Source: Frankiaceae bacterium
Lineage (GTDB): Bacteria > Actinomycetota > Actinomycetes > BP-191
Reading direction: 5' to 3'
Assembly: GCA_030840645.1 (NCBI GenBank)
Contig: JAVEEC010000020.1
Span: 173 to 64,172 of the forward strand
Length of the DNA stretch: 64,000 nucleotides
Shown: in pieces, positions 10,868 through 19,962 of the stretch
How the letters are laid out: every line of letters starts with the position of its first letter
Numbering within the stretch: the stretch's first letter is position 1
Translations under genes and position numbers: made by a program
The notes under the pieces: model-generated
Seen by the model: the letters and a program-made list of their open reading frames with translations, nothing else
Databases searched by the model: none
Told to the model about the DNA's origin: nothing

Positions 10868-13800
10868 GGTTCCTCCAGAGGTGAGATAGCGGCTCGGCGG
10901 GCGAGGGTCAGGGCGGCGGCGCCGAGGGTCAGCAGCGCGAGGCCGAAGGCGGTCAACGGCACCGGGTCGCCACCCGTGGCCGGCAGCGCGGGCACCGGCG
11001 CGGCGACGGCGGACACGATCAGCGTGTCGGAGTTGTCGGCCGGGTTGCGGTCCGCGGCGGACGAGACCACCGTCGCGGGGTTGGTCAGCCGGCCGCCGGT
11101 CACGACGCGAGTGACGACGGTGATGGTCGACACCGCCCCCGCGGCCAGCGGCCCGGCGTGGACGCAGGTCACGACCTGGCCGGCCGCAGAGCAGGCCCAG
11201 CCGGGGCCGGACGCGGCGGTGAAGGTGAGGCCGGCGGGAAGTGTGTCGACCATGGTGACCGGGCCGGGCGCGGCGGAGAGCCCGGCGTTCGAGACGACCA
11301 GGTGCCAGGTCGCGTCGGCGCCGACGACGGCCGGGCCGACGATCGTCTTTCTGAGCCTCAGGTCGACGTCGGGTACGACCTGCGTCGAGTCGGTGGCGTG
11401 GTTGTCGGCCGGGTTCAGGTCCGGCGCCGGGCTGGCCACGTCGGCGACGTTGACGCTGGTCGCCGCGGCGGTGGGGCCGACGGCGACGACCAGCGTGATC
11501 GCCGACGACGCCCCCGCGGCGAGCGGGCCGGTGAAGGTGCAGGTGACGGTGCGCGCCACGGCCCCGCACACCCAACCGGTGCCGGTGCCGCTGACGTAGG
11601 TGAAACCGGCGGGCAGCGCGTCCGTCAGGGTGACCGCGGCCGCCGCCGACGGGCCGTGGTTGGTGACCGTCAGCAGGTACGTCCCCCGCTCGCCGACCCG
11701 GAACGCGCCCGTGTGCGACTTGGTCACGGCCAGGTCGACGGACGGGACCACGAGCGTCGGGTCGTCGTCGGCGTTGTCGGTCGGGTCGGGGTCGGTGGCC
11801 GGGCCGCTGACCTCGACGTGGTTGACGGCGGTGCCCGCCGCGGCCGGGCCGACGGAGACGACGAGCGTGATCGTCACGCTCGCGCCGTTGGCCAGGGCGG
11901 CGGCCCGGGTGCAGGTGACGGTCTGGGCAGCGGCCGTGCAGGTGAACCCGCCGCCGCCCGCGGACACGAACCCGAGGCCGGCCGGCAGCGTGTCGACCAC
12001 GGTGATCGGCCCGGTCGCCTCGGTCGGGCCTTCGTTGCCGACGGTGAGGGTGTAGGTGCCGTTGGTGCCGACGCCGAAGCTCCCGGCGTGCGTCTTGGTC
12101 ACCGTCAGGTCGGCGCGCGGCTCGACCGTGGCCGGGTCGGACGCCGTGTTGTTGCTGGTCACGGGCTCGTTCGTCCCGGCCGGCGTGTCGACCGTCGTGA
12201 CGTTGGTGACCGAGGGGTACGCCGCCGCCCCGACCGTCGCCGTGACGGTGATGGGCGGCAGCGTGACACCGATGCCTACGCCCCCGGCACGCGTGCACGT
12301 GACCGCCTGCGCGACGATCCCGCACGTCCAGCCGGTGCCGGACGCCCCGGTCGGGGTCAGGCCGGCCGGCAACGGGTCGTGCACGGTGACCGTGCCGGTG
12401 GCGGCGGACGGGCCGTTGTTGGCGACCGTGATCGTGTACGACGCCGTCCCGCCGACGAGGAACGTCCCGGTGTGGCTCTTGCCGATCGCCAGGTCCACGG
12501 TCGGGGTCGCCGGGTCGGACGCGGTCGAGGTGTCGTTGGCGGGGTTCGGGTCGAGCGTGGGGCCGTCGACGGCGGCCGTGTTGTCCACGACCGAGCCGAC
12601 GGTGGCGCCGACGTCGACGGTGACCGTGACGACGGAGTCGGGCCCGGTCGCCAGCGACCCGGCGTGCGTGCACGTGACGTCCTGTCCGGTCGCCGCGCAG
12701 GCCCAGCCGGTGCCGGTACCCGAGACGAACGTGAGCCCGGTCGGCAGCGTGTCGGTCACGACGATCGGCCCGGCCGCCGTGGAGGGGCCCGCGTTGCTCA
12801 CCGTGAGCGTGTAGCCGGCCTGCTGGCCGACCACGAACGTCCCGGTCGCGGCCTTGACGATGCCGAGGTCGGCGACGGGGACCACCGTCGTCGGGTCGGC
12901 GGAGGTGTTGTTGCTCGGGTCCGGGTCCGCCGTGGCGCCCGGGTCGACAGCGGCGGTGTTGGTCACGCCGCCCTCGGCGGCGGTCGTGACGGCCACCGTG
13001 AGCGTGATCGCGGGCAGGCTGCTGCCCGCCGCGAGCGGCCCGGCGTGCGCGCAGGAGACCGTCGCGCTTCCCGTGCAGGTCCACCCGGTCCCGGCCGCCG
13101 ACACGAACGTAAGGCCCGGAGGCAGCGTGTCCGTCACGGTGAACGGCCCGGCCGCGGCCGACGGGCCGTCGTTGCCGACCAGGATCGTGTAGGCGGCGTC
13201 CGAGCCGACCAGGAACGCGCCGGCGTGGCTCTTGGTGATCGTGACGTCGGCCGAGGGGACGGCGGTGACGTCGGAGGTCGCCGTGTTGTTCGACAGGTCC
13301 GGGTCGAACGTCGCGCTGGTCACCGACGCCGGGTTGGTGACCGTGGAGGCGGCGTCCGCCGTCACGGTCGCCACCACGGTGATCGGCGGCAGCGCCGACG
13401 CATTCGCCAGCGCCCCGGCGCGGGTGCAGGTGACCGTGCCGGCGGCCTCGCCGCAGGTCCAGCCGGTGCCGCCGGCCGAGACGTACGTCGTGCCGGCCGG
13501 CAGCGTGTCCGTCACGGTGATCGGCCCGGCCGCCGCGGCCGGACCCGCGTTGCTCACGGTGACGGTCCATGACGCGTCGTCACCGGCCGACACGGTCGGC
13601 GTGCTCGTCGTCTTGGTGACGACCAGGTCCGCCTGCTGCTGGTAGCCGAAGTCGGCGCCGGTCTCGGCCTCCCCCGGCGTGAGCGTGGTGGCGATCGTCG
13701 CCGCGGTCGTGGCGACGTACCCGGGGGGCAGGCCGCCGGTCACGGCCACTGCGTAGGCCCCCGGCGGCAGCCCGGGGATGGCGTAGACGCCGGAGCCGTT

Positions 13801-15681
13801 GGTCGTGCCGGTGAACGCGCGGTCGTCGGGCGTGCCCGCCGTGCCGTCGAAGCCGGCCCAGGTCGCGGTGACCGTGACGCCCGCGATCCCGGGCTCGCCG
13901 CCGTCCTGGACGCCGTCGCCGTCGAGGTCGTTCCAGACGCGGTCGCCGATCGAGGCGGTGCCCGTGTAGCCGAAGTCGGCCGTCAGGTCCTGCTGACCCG
14001 CGCCGAGCGTGACCGGGAACGGGTCCGTCCCCGCCGTGAGCACGAACCCCGCCGGCCCGACCGGGTCCACCTGGTACTGGCCGGCCGCGAGCCCGGTGAA
14101 CAGGTACCCGCCGTTGGCGTCGGTCGTCGTGTCGGTGATCTCGTCGTCGGCGGTACTGAAAGTGTCGTCCGCGCCGGCCCAGACCAGCCGGACCGGGACG
14201 GCGGGGAACCCGGGCTCCCCGGCGTCCTGCGTCCCGTCGCCGTCGGCGTCGTAGAACACCAGGTTGCCGATGGCGCCGGTGCCGACCACGTCGACGTCCG
14301 TCGCGACCGCGGGGGTGAAACTGTTGCCGAACGAGTCCTGGTACGCGACCGACACGTCGTTGGTCAGCGGGCCGGTCGCCCCGGTGTCGACGGTGACGGT
14401 GACGGCCAGGGTCGCCGACGCCCCTGCGTTCATGGCGCCGGTCAGCGTGGCCGTGACGACGCCCGCGCTCGCGCCGCACGTTCCCGTCGCGGGAGCGACG
14501 AAGCCGCAGCTGATGAACGTCGTGCCGGCCGGCAGCGTGTCGGTGGCGACGACCGCGGTGGCGGCGCCCGGGAGGACCGGGTCGCCGGTGTTCGTGATGC
14601 CGACGGTGTAGGTGAGGGTGTCGCCGGAGGCAGCCACCGCCTCGCCGTCGCTCTTGGTGACGTCCAGGGCCGGCGCCGGGGGCCGCGCGGAGAACGCGGG
14701 GACGTTGAACTGCCCCTCCTGGATGAACTGGTTGCCGCTGCTCACGCACGAGCTGATCCGCCACCAGCCCGCCTCGGGGTTGGTGATGACGTCCCCCGCG
14801 CCCCGGCTGACCGCGTTGCTGACGTTCCACGTCGCGCTCGGGGCGGAGACGGTGCCCGCGGTGACCGTGCCGCTCGGGGACACGTAGTTGACCGCCGAGC
14901 CGGGGATCGCCGTGAGGTCGTAGTCGAAGTTGTGGATGTTCATGGTCGCCTGGCCGGGCCCGACGAACTCGTAGAGGTCGATGCAGGCGTTGGCGCCGGA
15001 GTTCTGCTGGTAGGAGACCGCCGACTGGCCGACGACCAGCTCGTCGTTCGTGCCGGGGACGCCGTCGAGGTCGTCGACCGGCGCGGTCGCGACGTTGCTG
15101 TCCGCGTCGAAGCCGACCCGGATCCGCCAGCCGTTCTGGTCGTCGGTGGCGGTGGCGCTGCGCACGACGTACGTACCGCAGGTCACCGGGCTGAGCGTGG
15201 CGAAGCGCACCCAGGCCTCCGCGACCCCGGTCGCCGACGGCGGGTAGCTGGTGAGCAGCGTGCCGGTGCCAGGCGCGGGCTGGTCGAAGCCGGGGCCGAC
15301 CGGCGTGCCCGGCCCGTAGAGCTCGAACGTCGTGGTGTCGAGGCTGCCGGCGCCCTCGTCGTGCGTGGTCAGCGCGGCCGCGTCGGCGTTCATCTCCGGG
15401 CTGAACAGGTCGACGGTGACCGGCGTGGTCGTCGGCCACCCGCACGGGACCGCGAACTGGACGTAGTGGTAGCCGGCGCCCGCACCGGGGGCCGCGGAGG
15501 CGTACCAGTCGCCGTTGCCGAGGGCGGCGCCGGGGCCGTTGGTCTGGAAGAAGAACGGCGAGCCGGTCGGCGGGATCTCGGCCGCGGCCGCCGCGCCGGC
15601 CGACCCGACCTGGCCCGCGATCAGCACGACCGCCGCCGCCGCGGCGCGCGACAGCACGGGTGCCCAACGTCGCCGGGTCAT
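10783..15681 (-). CDS. Giant LPXTG-anchored surface protein (unknown N-domain, 8 DUF11 repeats, 2 SdrD-B/Cna-B-like domains)
   Basis: Start set at ATG 15681 (MTRRRWAPVLSRAAAAAVVLIAGQVGSAGAAAAA signal). Two SdrD-B-type modules: GNLVFYDADGDGTQDAGEPG... and GDRVWNDLDGDGVQDGGEPG.... Eight ~90-aa DUF11 units (..VTDTLPAGLTFVS..GTGWTC....VTCT..). LPATG (10972..10986), then a hydrophobic helix and ARR. Confidence 0.9.
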   Translation of the reverse strand: MTRRRWAPVLSRAAAAAVVLIAGQVGSAGAAAAAEIPPTGSPFFFQTNGPGAALGNGDWYASAAPGAGAGYHYVQFAVPCGWPTTTPVTVDLFSPEMNADAAALTTHDEGAGSLDTTTFELYGPGTPVGPGFDQPAPGTGTLLTSYPPSATGVAEAWVRFATLSPVTCGTYVVRSATATDDQNGWRIRVGFDADSNVATAPVDDLDGVPGTNDELVVGQSAVSYQQNSGANACIDLYEFVGPGQATMNIHNFDYDLTAIPGSAVNYVSPSGTVTAGTVSAPSATWNVSNAVSRGAGDVITNPEAGWWRISSCVSSGNQFIQEGQFNVPAFSARPPAPALDVTKSDGEAVAASGDTLTYTVGITNTGDPVLPGAATAVVATDTLPAGTTFISCGFVAPATGTCGASAGVVTATLTGAMNAGASATLAVTVTVDTGATGPLTNDVSVAYQDSFGNSFTPAVATDVDVVGTGAIGNLVFYDADGDGTQDAGEPGFPAVPVRLVWAGADDTFSTADDEITDTTTDANGGYLFTGLAAGQYQVDPVGPAGFVLTAGTDPFPVTLGAGQQDLTADFGYTGTASIGDRVWNDLDGDGVQDGGEPGIAGVTVTATWAGFDGTAGTPDDRAFTGTTNGSGVYAIPGLPPGAYAVAVTGGLPPGYVATTAATIATTLTPGEAETGADFGYQQQADLVVTKTTSTPTVSAGDDASWTVTVSNAGPAAAAGPITVTDTLPAGTTYVSAGGTGWTCGEAAGTVTCTRAGALANASALPPITVVATVTADAASTVTNPASVTSATFDPDLSNNTATSDVTAVPSADVTITKSHAGAFLVGSDAAYTILVGNDGPSAAAGPFTVTDTLPPGLTFVSAAGTGWTCTGSATVSCAHAGPLAAGSSLPAITLTVAVTTAAEGGVTNTAAVDPGATADPDPSNNTSADPTTVVPVADLGIVKAATGTFVVGQQAGYTLTVSNAGPSTAAGPIVVTDTLPTGLTFVSGTGTGWACAATGQDVTCTHAGSLATGPDSVVTVTVDVGATVGSVVDNTAAVDGPTLDPNPANDTSTASDPATPTVDLAIGKSHTGTFLVGGTASYTITVANNGPSAATGTVTVHDPLPAGLTPTGASGTGWTCGIVAQAVTCTRAGGVGIGVTLPPITVTATVGAAAYPSVTNVTTVDTPAGTNEPVTSNNTASDPATVEPRADLTVTKTHAGSFGVGTNGTYTLTVGNEGPTEATGPITVVDTLPAGLGFVSAGGGGFTCTAAAQTVTCTRAAALANGASVTITLVVSVGPAAAGTAVNHVEVSGPATDPDPTDNADDDPTLVVPSVDLAVTKSHTGAFRVGERGTYLLTVTNHGPSAAAAVTLTDALPAGFTYVSGTGTGWVCGAVARTVTCTFTGPLAAGASSAITLVVAVGPTAAATSVNVADVASPAPDLNPADNHATDSTQVVPDVDLRLRKTIVGPAVVGADATWHLVVSNAGLSAAPGPVTMVDTLPAGLTFTAASGPGWACSAAGQVVTCVHAGPLAAGAVSTITVVTRVVTGGRLTNPATVVSSAADRNPADNSDTLIVSAVAAPVPALPATGGDPVPLTAFGLALLTLGAAALTLARRAAISPLEEPCCAYSLSPPASPSRPSPRPRPRRPVWP
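11030..13630 (-). repeat. Tandem ~270-nt coding repeats (DUF11 units 2-8 of the adhesin)
   Basis: Seven consecutive units share the K-x-H/T-x-G-x-F-x-V-G ... N-x-GPS-x-A-x-GP-x-TV-x-DTLP-x-GL-x-F skeleton. Boundaries are approximate. This generates long shadow ORFs in other frames. Confidence 0.7.
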
Positions 15682-15921
15682 CGCAACAGCGAACCTCGCC
15701 TCGGTCGGCCCCCGTAGTGGTCGCGAGGATTCGATCAGGTCGCCGAACGATTCGCAACGATCATCACGGCGTGTCGGACGTATCCCTGCGGTTACCCGGA
15801 ACCCGACACGCGACGGCCGTCGCCCGGCGCCCGCCCGCCTCGCGACGGGGGCCGTGCGGTGCCGGAAGCCCCGTTTCGCCCGGCACCGCACGGTCGTATG
15901 CCATCAACCTCTACTTGAGGT

Positions 15922-16887
15922 TTAGCCGATCAGGGTCTCCTTGACCATCTGCAGGGTCGGGCGCTGGGCGCCCTTGATGAACACGCTGATGTCGATCTTG
16001 TTGAACCCGGGGACGGTGTTCGGCAGCTTCTTGAACGCGGCGAAGTTGTCGCCGCAGTACTGCCAGAGCGCGATCTCCTCGAGGTCGAACGCCTGGAGGC
16101 CGTTGCGCACCATCGACGACGTGTAGCTCGGGTTCCAGACGACGTCGCAGCCCATCTTGTCGTTCGTGATGCCGAGGTCACGCATCGCGCCGCGGCCGTA
16201 GAGCATGACGTTGCGGCCGGTCTGCTCGCGGAGGCGGTTGGCGCACTCGGTCGCGCAGTCGATGACCTGCTGGGCGCTCGCCTTGCGGTTCGGGTGCTTC
16301 TCGCCGCCGAGCTCGACGTCGATGACCGGCAGGATGTCGCCGCTCGGGTCCCAGCCGCCGGCGGTCTCGATCGCCTGGAGGTACGCGTCCGCCTGGTCCG
16401 CGCCGCTCAGCGTGAGCTGGAGGAACAGGTACGCGCCCCGGAACCAGCTCACGCCGTACCGGTCGCCGCCCGCGTCGCGCACGAGCGGCCAGTTGTGCGT
16501 GAACCAGCCCTTGTCGTTGAACCGCAGGCCGTCCCACGCCTTGAGGATGGCCCCGCAGAAGCCGGGCGTGGCGAGCAGCGTGGCCCACGGCGGCTCGAAG
16601 CCGCTGTCGAGGGAATACTGGTCGACGAACAGGTACGGCGGCCCCGGGTCGTCCTGGTCGACGCCGTCGGTGCTCTCGGTGGCGGCGACGGTGGTGTCCG
16701 GCTCGGTGTCGCCCTCGGTCTCGGTCTCGAGGACGCGTTCGCGCTCGGTCTCGTCCTCCATCTCGATGTCCGCGGGGTCGACGCTCGTGTCCGTCGTGCC
16801 GGTGTCGGTCCCGCCGGTAACGGTCGTGCCGGTGTCCGTCCTGTCGGTGTCGGTGGTGTCGAGCGGTGTCTCGTCCATCTCGGTCAT
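15922..16887 (-). CDS. GH25-family muramidase domain with ~85-aa Thr/Asp/Glu-rich N-terminal tail, no signal peptide
   Basis: Collinear with Streptomyces GH25 lysozyme (cellosyl): FRGAYLF, DQADAYL, AGGW, LPVIDVE (DxE catalytic motif), LWQY...IDISVF. The N-terminus is MTEMDETPLDTTDTDRTDTGTTVTGGTDTGTTDTS.... GGAGG sits 8 nt before ATG 16887. Confidence 0.75.
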   Translation of the reverse strand: MTEMDETPLDTTDTDRTDTGTTVTGGTDTGTTDTSVDPADIEMEDETERERVLETETEGDTEPDTTVAATESTDGVDQDDPGPPYLFVDQYSLDSGFEPPWATLLATPGFCGAILKAWDGLRFNDKGWFTHNWPLVRDAGGDRYGVSWFRGAYLFLQLTLSGADQADAYLQAIETAGGWDPSGDILPVIDVELGGEKHPNRKASAQQVIDCATECANRLREQTGRNVMLYGRGAMRDLGITNDKMGCDVVWNPSYTSSMVRNGLQAFDLEEIALWQYCGDNFAAFKKLPNTVPGFNKIDISVFIKGAQRPTLQMVKETLIG

Positions 16888-16930
16888 GGTGCGGTCCTCC
16901 TCTGTAGGGCTCCCCCGTGCCGGCCGCGAT

Positions 16931-18448
16931 CTACGGCCAGCTGAGTGAGTCGTCCGGGTCGGGAGCCTTCGGCAGGGTGCGGCAGACGAACGCGAGCACG
17001 TAGATCTCGTCCGGGTCGCTGGTGGTCTCCGTGGACTCCGGCGGCGGCGGCGGGAGCGTGTGGCGCGGCGGCAGCATGATGCCGAGCCGCGTGCTCGTGA
17101 TCCGGCTGAGGAGCAGGTCCTTGGCGAACGGCCGCCCGGTGGCGCGGATGCCGGTCGTCACGATCGGTGACTCCCCGGCTACGCTCTCGCGCGCGATCAG
17201 CGGCCGGGCCGCCATCCGGGCGAACGACCCCCGCATCGCGACCCGCGAGACCGTCGGCTCGGCGGGCGGGGCCGCGGCCGGCTCGGCGACCGCCGTCGCG
17301 CGCAGCGCCAGCGTGTACGGGCGGGCGCGCAGGCTCGTCGCGGCACTGAGCTTGGCGATCGGCAGGAACCCCAGGCTCGGGGTGGTCCCGGCCGCTGCCG
17401 GGCGGCGGACGGTGATGTTGCGCGCGAGGACCAGCCCCGTGACGTACGCCGCGCACTCCCCCGCGGGCGGCGTCGCGCCGTCGGAGAGGACCCGGTCCTT
17501 GTCCCGGAACCGCCAGGCGCGCGACGCCAGCGCGCCCGGCGTGAACCATGGCCGGCTGACCGTCACCGTCGAGTACTGGAACGACACCGACTCGACCTCG
17601 GCGTCGTCGCTCGACTCCAGGCGGGCCCGCAGCTCCGCGGGCGCGCTCGCGGAGAGCGCGGCCAGTTCCTCGCGCGTCGCGGTGATGGTCGGCCAGGCCG
17701 CGTCGACGACGTCGGACGGCAGGTACCCCGTCGGGACGAACGACGACCCGTCGGGCGACGTGCGGAAGTAGATCTCCGGCAGGTCCGGGTCGTACTGCTT
17801 GCGGTAGTCGGCCCACGCCGCCGCCGGGGACCGCGAGGCGAGGTCGCGCAGCACCCGCCGCGCGTCGCCGACCTCGTCCCGCCTGCCCGCGACCGCCCAG
17901 TCCTGCTCCGCCTCGTCGACGGCCCCCTTGAGCTTCGGCTCGTCGGCCGCCCAGGCCTTCGCCACCTCGGCGTCGGTCGAGACGGCGGCCTCGCTCTTGC
18001 GGTTGTTGTACTCCTGGATGGCGGCGAGGTAGGCGTCGCGGCGCTGCTCGTACGTCACCACGACGGCGGACGCCGTGACGGTCCCGTCGCCGGCGACCTG
18101 GTACAGGAGGTCGTACGCCGTCCGGTACTTCTGCTCCTCGGCCTCGGTGCGCGGCGGCGCGTCGGCCAGGTCGGAGTGCGCGAGGACGTCGCCGTAGACG
18201 TCCCAGAGCCGGTCCCCGTCGGGCTGCCAGAGCGGCCCGGCGGGGATCTCGTTGACGAGCAGCGAGAACTCGGTGAGCGCCTGCGCGCCCTCCGGGCTGA
18301 ACGGGTCCGCGACGAGCGCCTTCAGGCGGCTCGCCTCGATCCCGACCGGCCCGAGCGGGAAGCTGAGGTAGGTCCCCTCCTCCGCGAACACGGTCGCCGC
18401 CTTGCCGGCGAGCCCGAGCACCACGGTGGCGTCGATGCCTGTGGACAC
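16931..18448 (-). CDS. Hypothetical protein, paralogue of 18488..19951 (505 aa, no signal peptide)
   Basis: GTG 18448 with a GGAGGAGAGGG RBS. Collinear motifs shared with the upstream gene (AYLAAIQEYNNRK; AEVESVSFQYSTVTVSRPWFTPGALASRAWRF; LSDGATPPAGE). No family recognised. Confidence 0.75.
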   Translation of the reverse strand: MSTGIDATVVLGLAGKAATVFAEEGTYLSFPLGPVGIEASRLKALVADPFSPEGAQALTEFSLLVNEIPAGPLWQPDGDRLWDVYGDVLAHSDLADAPPRTEAEEQKYRTAYDLLYQVAGDGTVTASAVVVTYEQRRDAYLAAIQEYNNRKSEAAVSTDAEVAKAWAADEPKLKGAVDEAEQDWAVAGRRDEVGDARRVLRDLASRSPAAAWADYRKQYDPDLPEIYFRTSPDGSSFVPTGYLPSDVVDAAWPTITATREELAALSASAPAELRARLESSDDAEVESVSFQYSTVTVSRPWFTPGALASRAWRFRDKDRVLSDGATPPAGECAAYVTGLVLARNITVRRPAAAGTTPSLGFLPIAKLSAATSLRARPYTLALRATAVAEPAAAPPAEPTVSRVAMRGSFARMAARPLIARESVAGESPIVTTGIRATGRPFAKDLLLSRITSTRLGIMLPPRHTLPPPPPESTETTSDPDEIYVLAFVCRTLPKAPDPDDSLSWP

Positions 18449-18487
18449 GATCCCTCTCCTCCCGATCGGGCCGGTCGTCCGGCCGGG

Positions 18488-19951
18488 CTAGACGAAGTCG
18501 GCGTCCTTCAGCTCTTCGAGCGGGTTCGGGGCCTTGCCGATCAGGTGGTTGACGAACCCGATGATCTGCATGCCGCCGACCTTGAGCGTCTGGCCGTCGT
18601 CCGTGGACTCGGTCTTGTTGTGGTGCTCGTCGTGCGCGTAGCCTCCGGAGAGCCGGAACGGGCCCCAGCCGACGCTGGCGTTCGCGTCCACGTGCGACTT
18701 CACGTCGTGGTACTTGGACACGAACTCCTTCGACTCGATCTCTACGTTGCGCACGAAGATCGCCTGCGTCGCGTACCCGATGAACTCGCCCTTCGGCGGC
18801 GCGCCGCCATCCGACGGCAGGTCGCTGAAGTTCCAGCCCTCCCCCTTGCGCAGCGTCCAGCCGCGGTTGGCGAACCACTCCGGGTAGAACCACGGCCGGA
18901 CGATGACCGCCTGGGCGAGGTCGAACGAGAGCCGGAACGACTCGACCTCGGTGCTGCCGTCGACCTCGGTCTTGGTGCTGTTGACGCCGCCGCTGGCGGA
19001 GAACAGCCCGAAGTTCACGCCGCCGCCGGCGTTCCACGACGTGGACGACTCGTCGGTCGTCGACACCTGGTGCAGGTGGCTGACGCCGAGGTTGGTCCAG
19101 CCGCCGGCCGTCGCGATGTTGCCGGGGACCAGGGTCGTGTAGCGGAACGGGATCGGAACCTCGGTGCTGGTGACGACGCCCTTCTCGTACGCCTCCTCGA
19201 GGCTCTGCTTCCAGAGCACCATGCTGCGCTCGGTGGTCTGGTTGATGAACGCGTTGATCTCGTCGACGTCGTTGCGGTAGCCGCCCGAGGTCCACGCGTC
19301 GGCCGCGGCCTTCACCTTGAGGGCATACGTCTGCGCGTTCATCGACCAGTCGGCGACCGCCGCCTTGCCCTCGGGGCCGGTCGCGCCCGCGGCCGCCGCG
19401 CGCTTGGCGTTGTACTCGGTGGTGGCCGCGAGGTAGGCGGCCATCTTCTCGTTGTACGCCCGCAGCAGCGGGCTCTCCTCGATGACCTCCTTGACCTCGT
19501 CGGTCACCAGGTCGGTGACCTTCTTGGTCACGAACAGCTTGCCGCGCAGCTGCTCCAGCTTCTGCTTCTCCTTGTCGGTCAGCTCGGTGCTGACGACTTT
19601 GGAGAAGCGCAGGATCTGGCGGTACATCTCGCTGAGCCGCTTCTCCGCGTCGGGCTTGTACATGCCCTCCTGGCGGTCGTTGCTGTACGGCGCCCCGGCG
19701 TCGGGGATGAAGTCGAGCAGCATCGAGAGCGCGAACGCGTGGCTGAGGCGGGTGTTCATCTCCTCGGCGGTCGGCGCGGAGTAGATGCCCTTGGCGCAGA
19801 AGTCGAGGTCGGCCTCGGTGAACGGCAGGCCGGGCATCGCCCAGGTGAAGAACGTGTTCTTGGGGGGCTGCACGGTGTCGTCGCCACCCATGACGGTGTG
19901 GTAGATCTGGGAGGTCAGCGCCTTGCCCATGTCGTTCAGGGGGTAACCCAT
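18488..19951 (-). CDS. Hypothetical protein, paralogue of 16931..18448 (487 aa, no signal peptide)
   Basis: ATG 19951 (MGYPLNDMGK...) with GGAGG 8 nt upstream, overlapping the previous stop. The ORF-track N-extension to 20527 overlaps the hemopexin gene and is Arg-rich shadow. Helical Lys/Glu-rich N-half and beta-rich C-half, with a Gly/Ser/Thr stretch SWNAGGGVNFGLFSASGGVNSTKTEVDGS. Confidence 0.75.
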   Translation of the reverse strand: MGYPLNDMGKALTSQIYHTVMGGDDTVQPPKNTFFTWAMPGLPFTEADLDFCAKGIYSAPTAEEMNTRLSHAFALSMLLDFIPDAGAPYSNDRQEGMYKPDAEKRLSEMYRQILRFSKVVSTELTDKEKQKLEQLRGKLFVTKKVTDLVTDEVKEVIEESPLLRAYNEKMAAYLAATTEYNAKRAAAAGATGPEGKAAVADWSMNAQTYALKVKAAADAWTSGGYRNDVDEINAFINQTTERSMVLWKQSLEEAYEKGVVTSTEVPIPFRYTTLVPGNIATAGGWTNLGVSHLHQVSTTDESSTSWNAGGGVNFGLFSASGGVNSTKTEVDGSTEVESFRLSFDLAQAVIVRPWFYPEWFANRGWTLRKGEGWNFSDLPSDGGAPPKGEFIGYATQAIFVRNVEIESKEFVSKYHDVKSHVDANASVGWGPFRLSGGYAHDEHHNKTESTDDGQTLKVGGMQIIGFVNHLIGKAPNPLEELKDADFV

Positions 19952-19962
19952 CTCTTGGCCTC

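Noticed and set aside
10664-13572. 968-aa minus-strand and 804-aa plus-strand ORFs across the adhesin repeat region
   Set aside because: They are shadow frames of the DUF11 repeats (Arg/Gly/Asp-rich, with no domain logic). Only the last 67 codons of the 968-aa ORF, which have their own RBS and signal peptide, look like a real separate gene.
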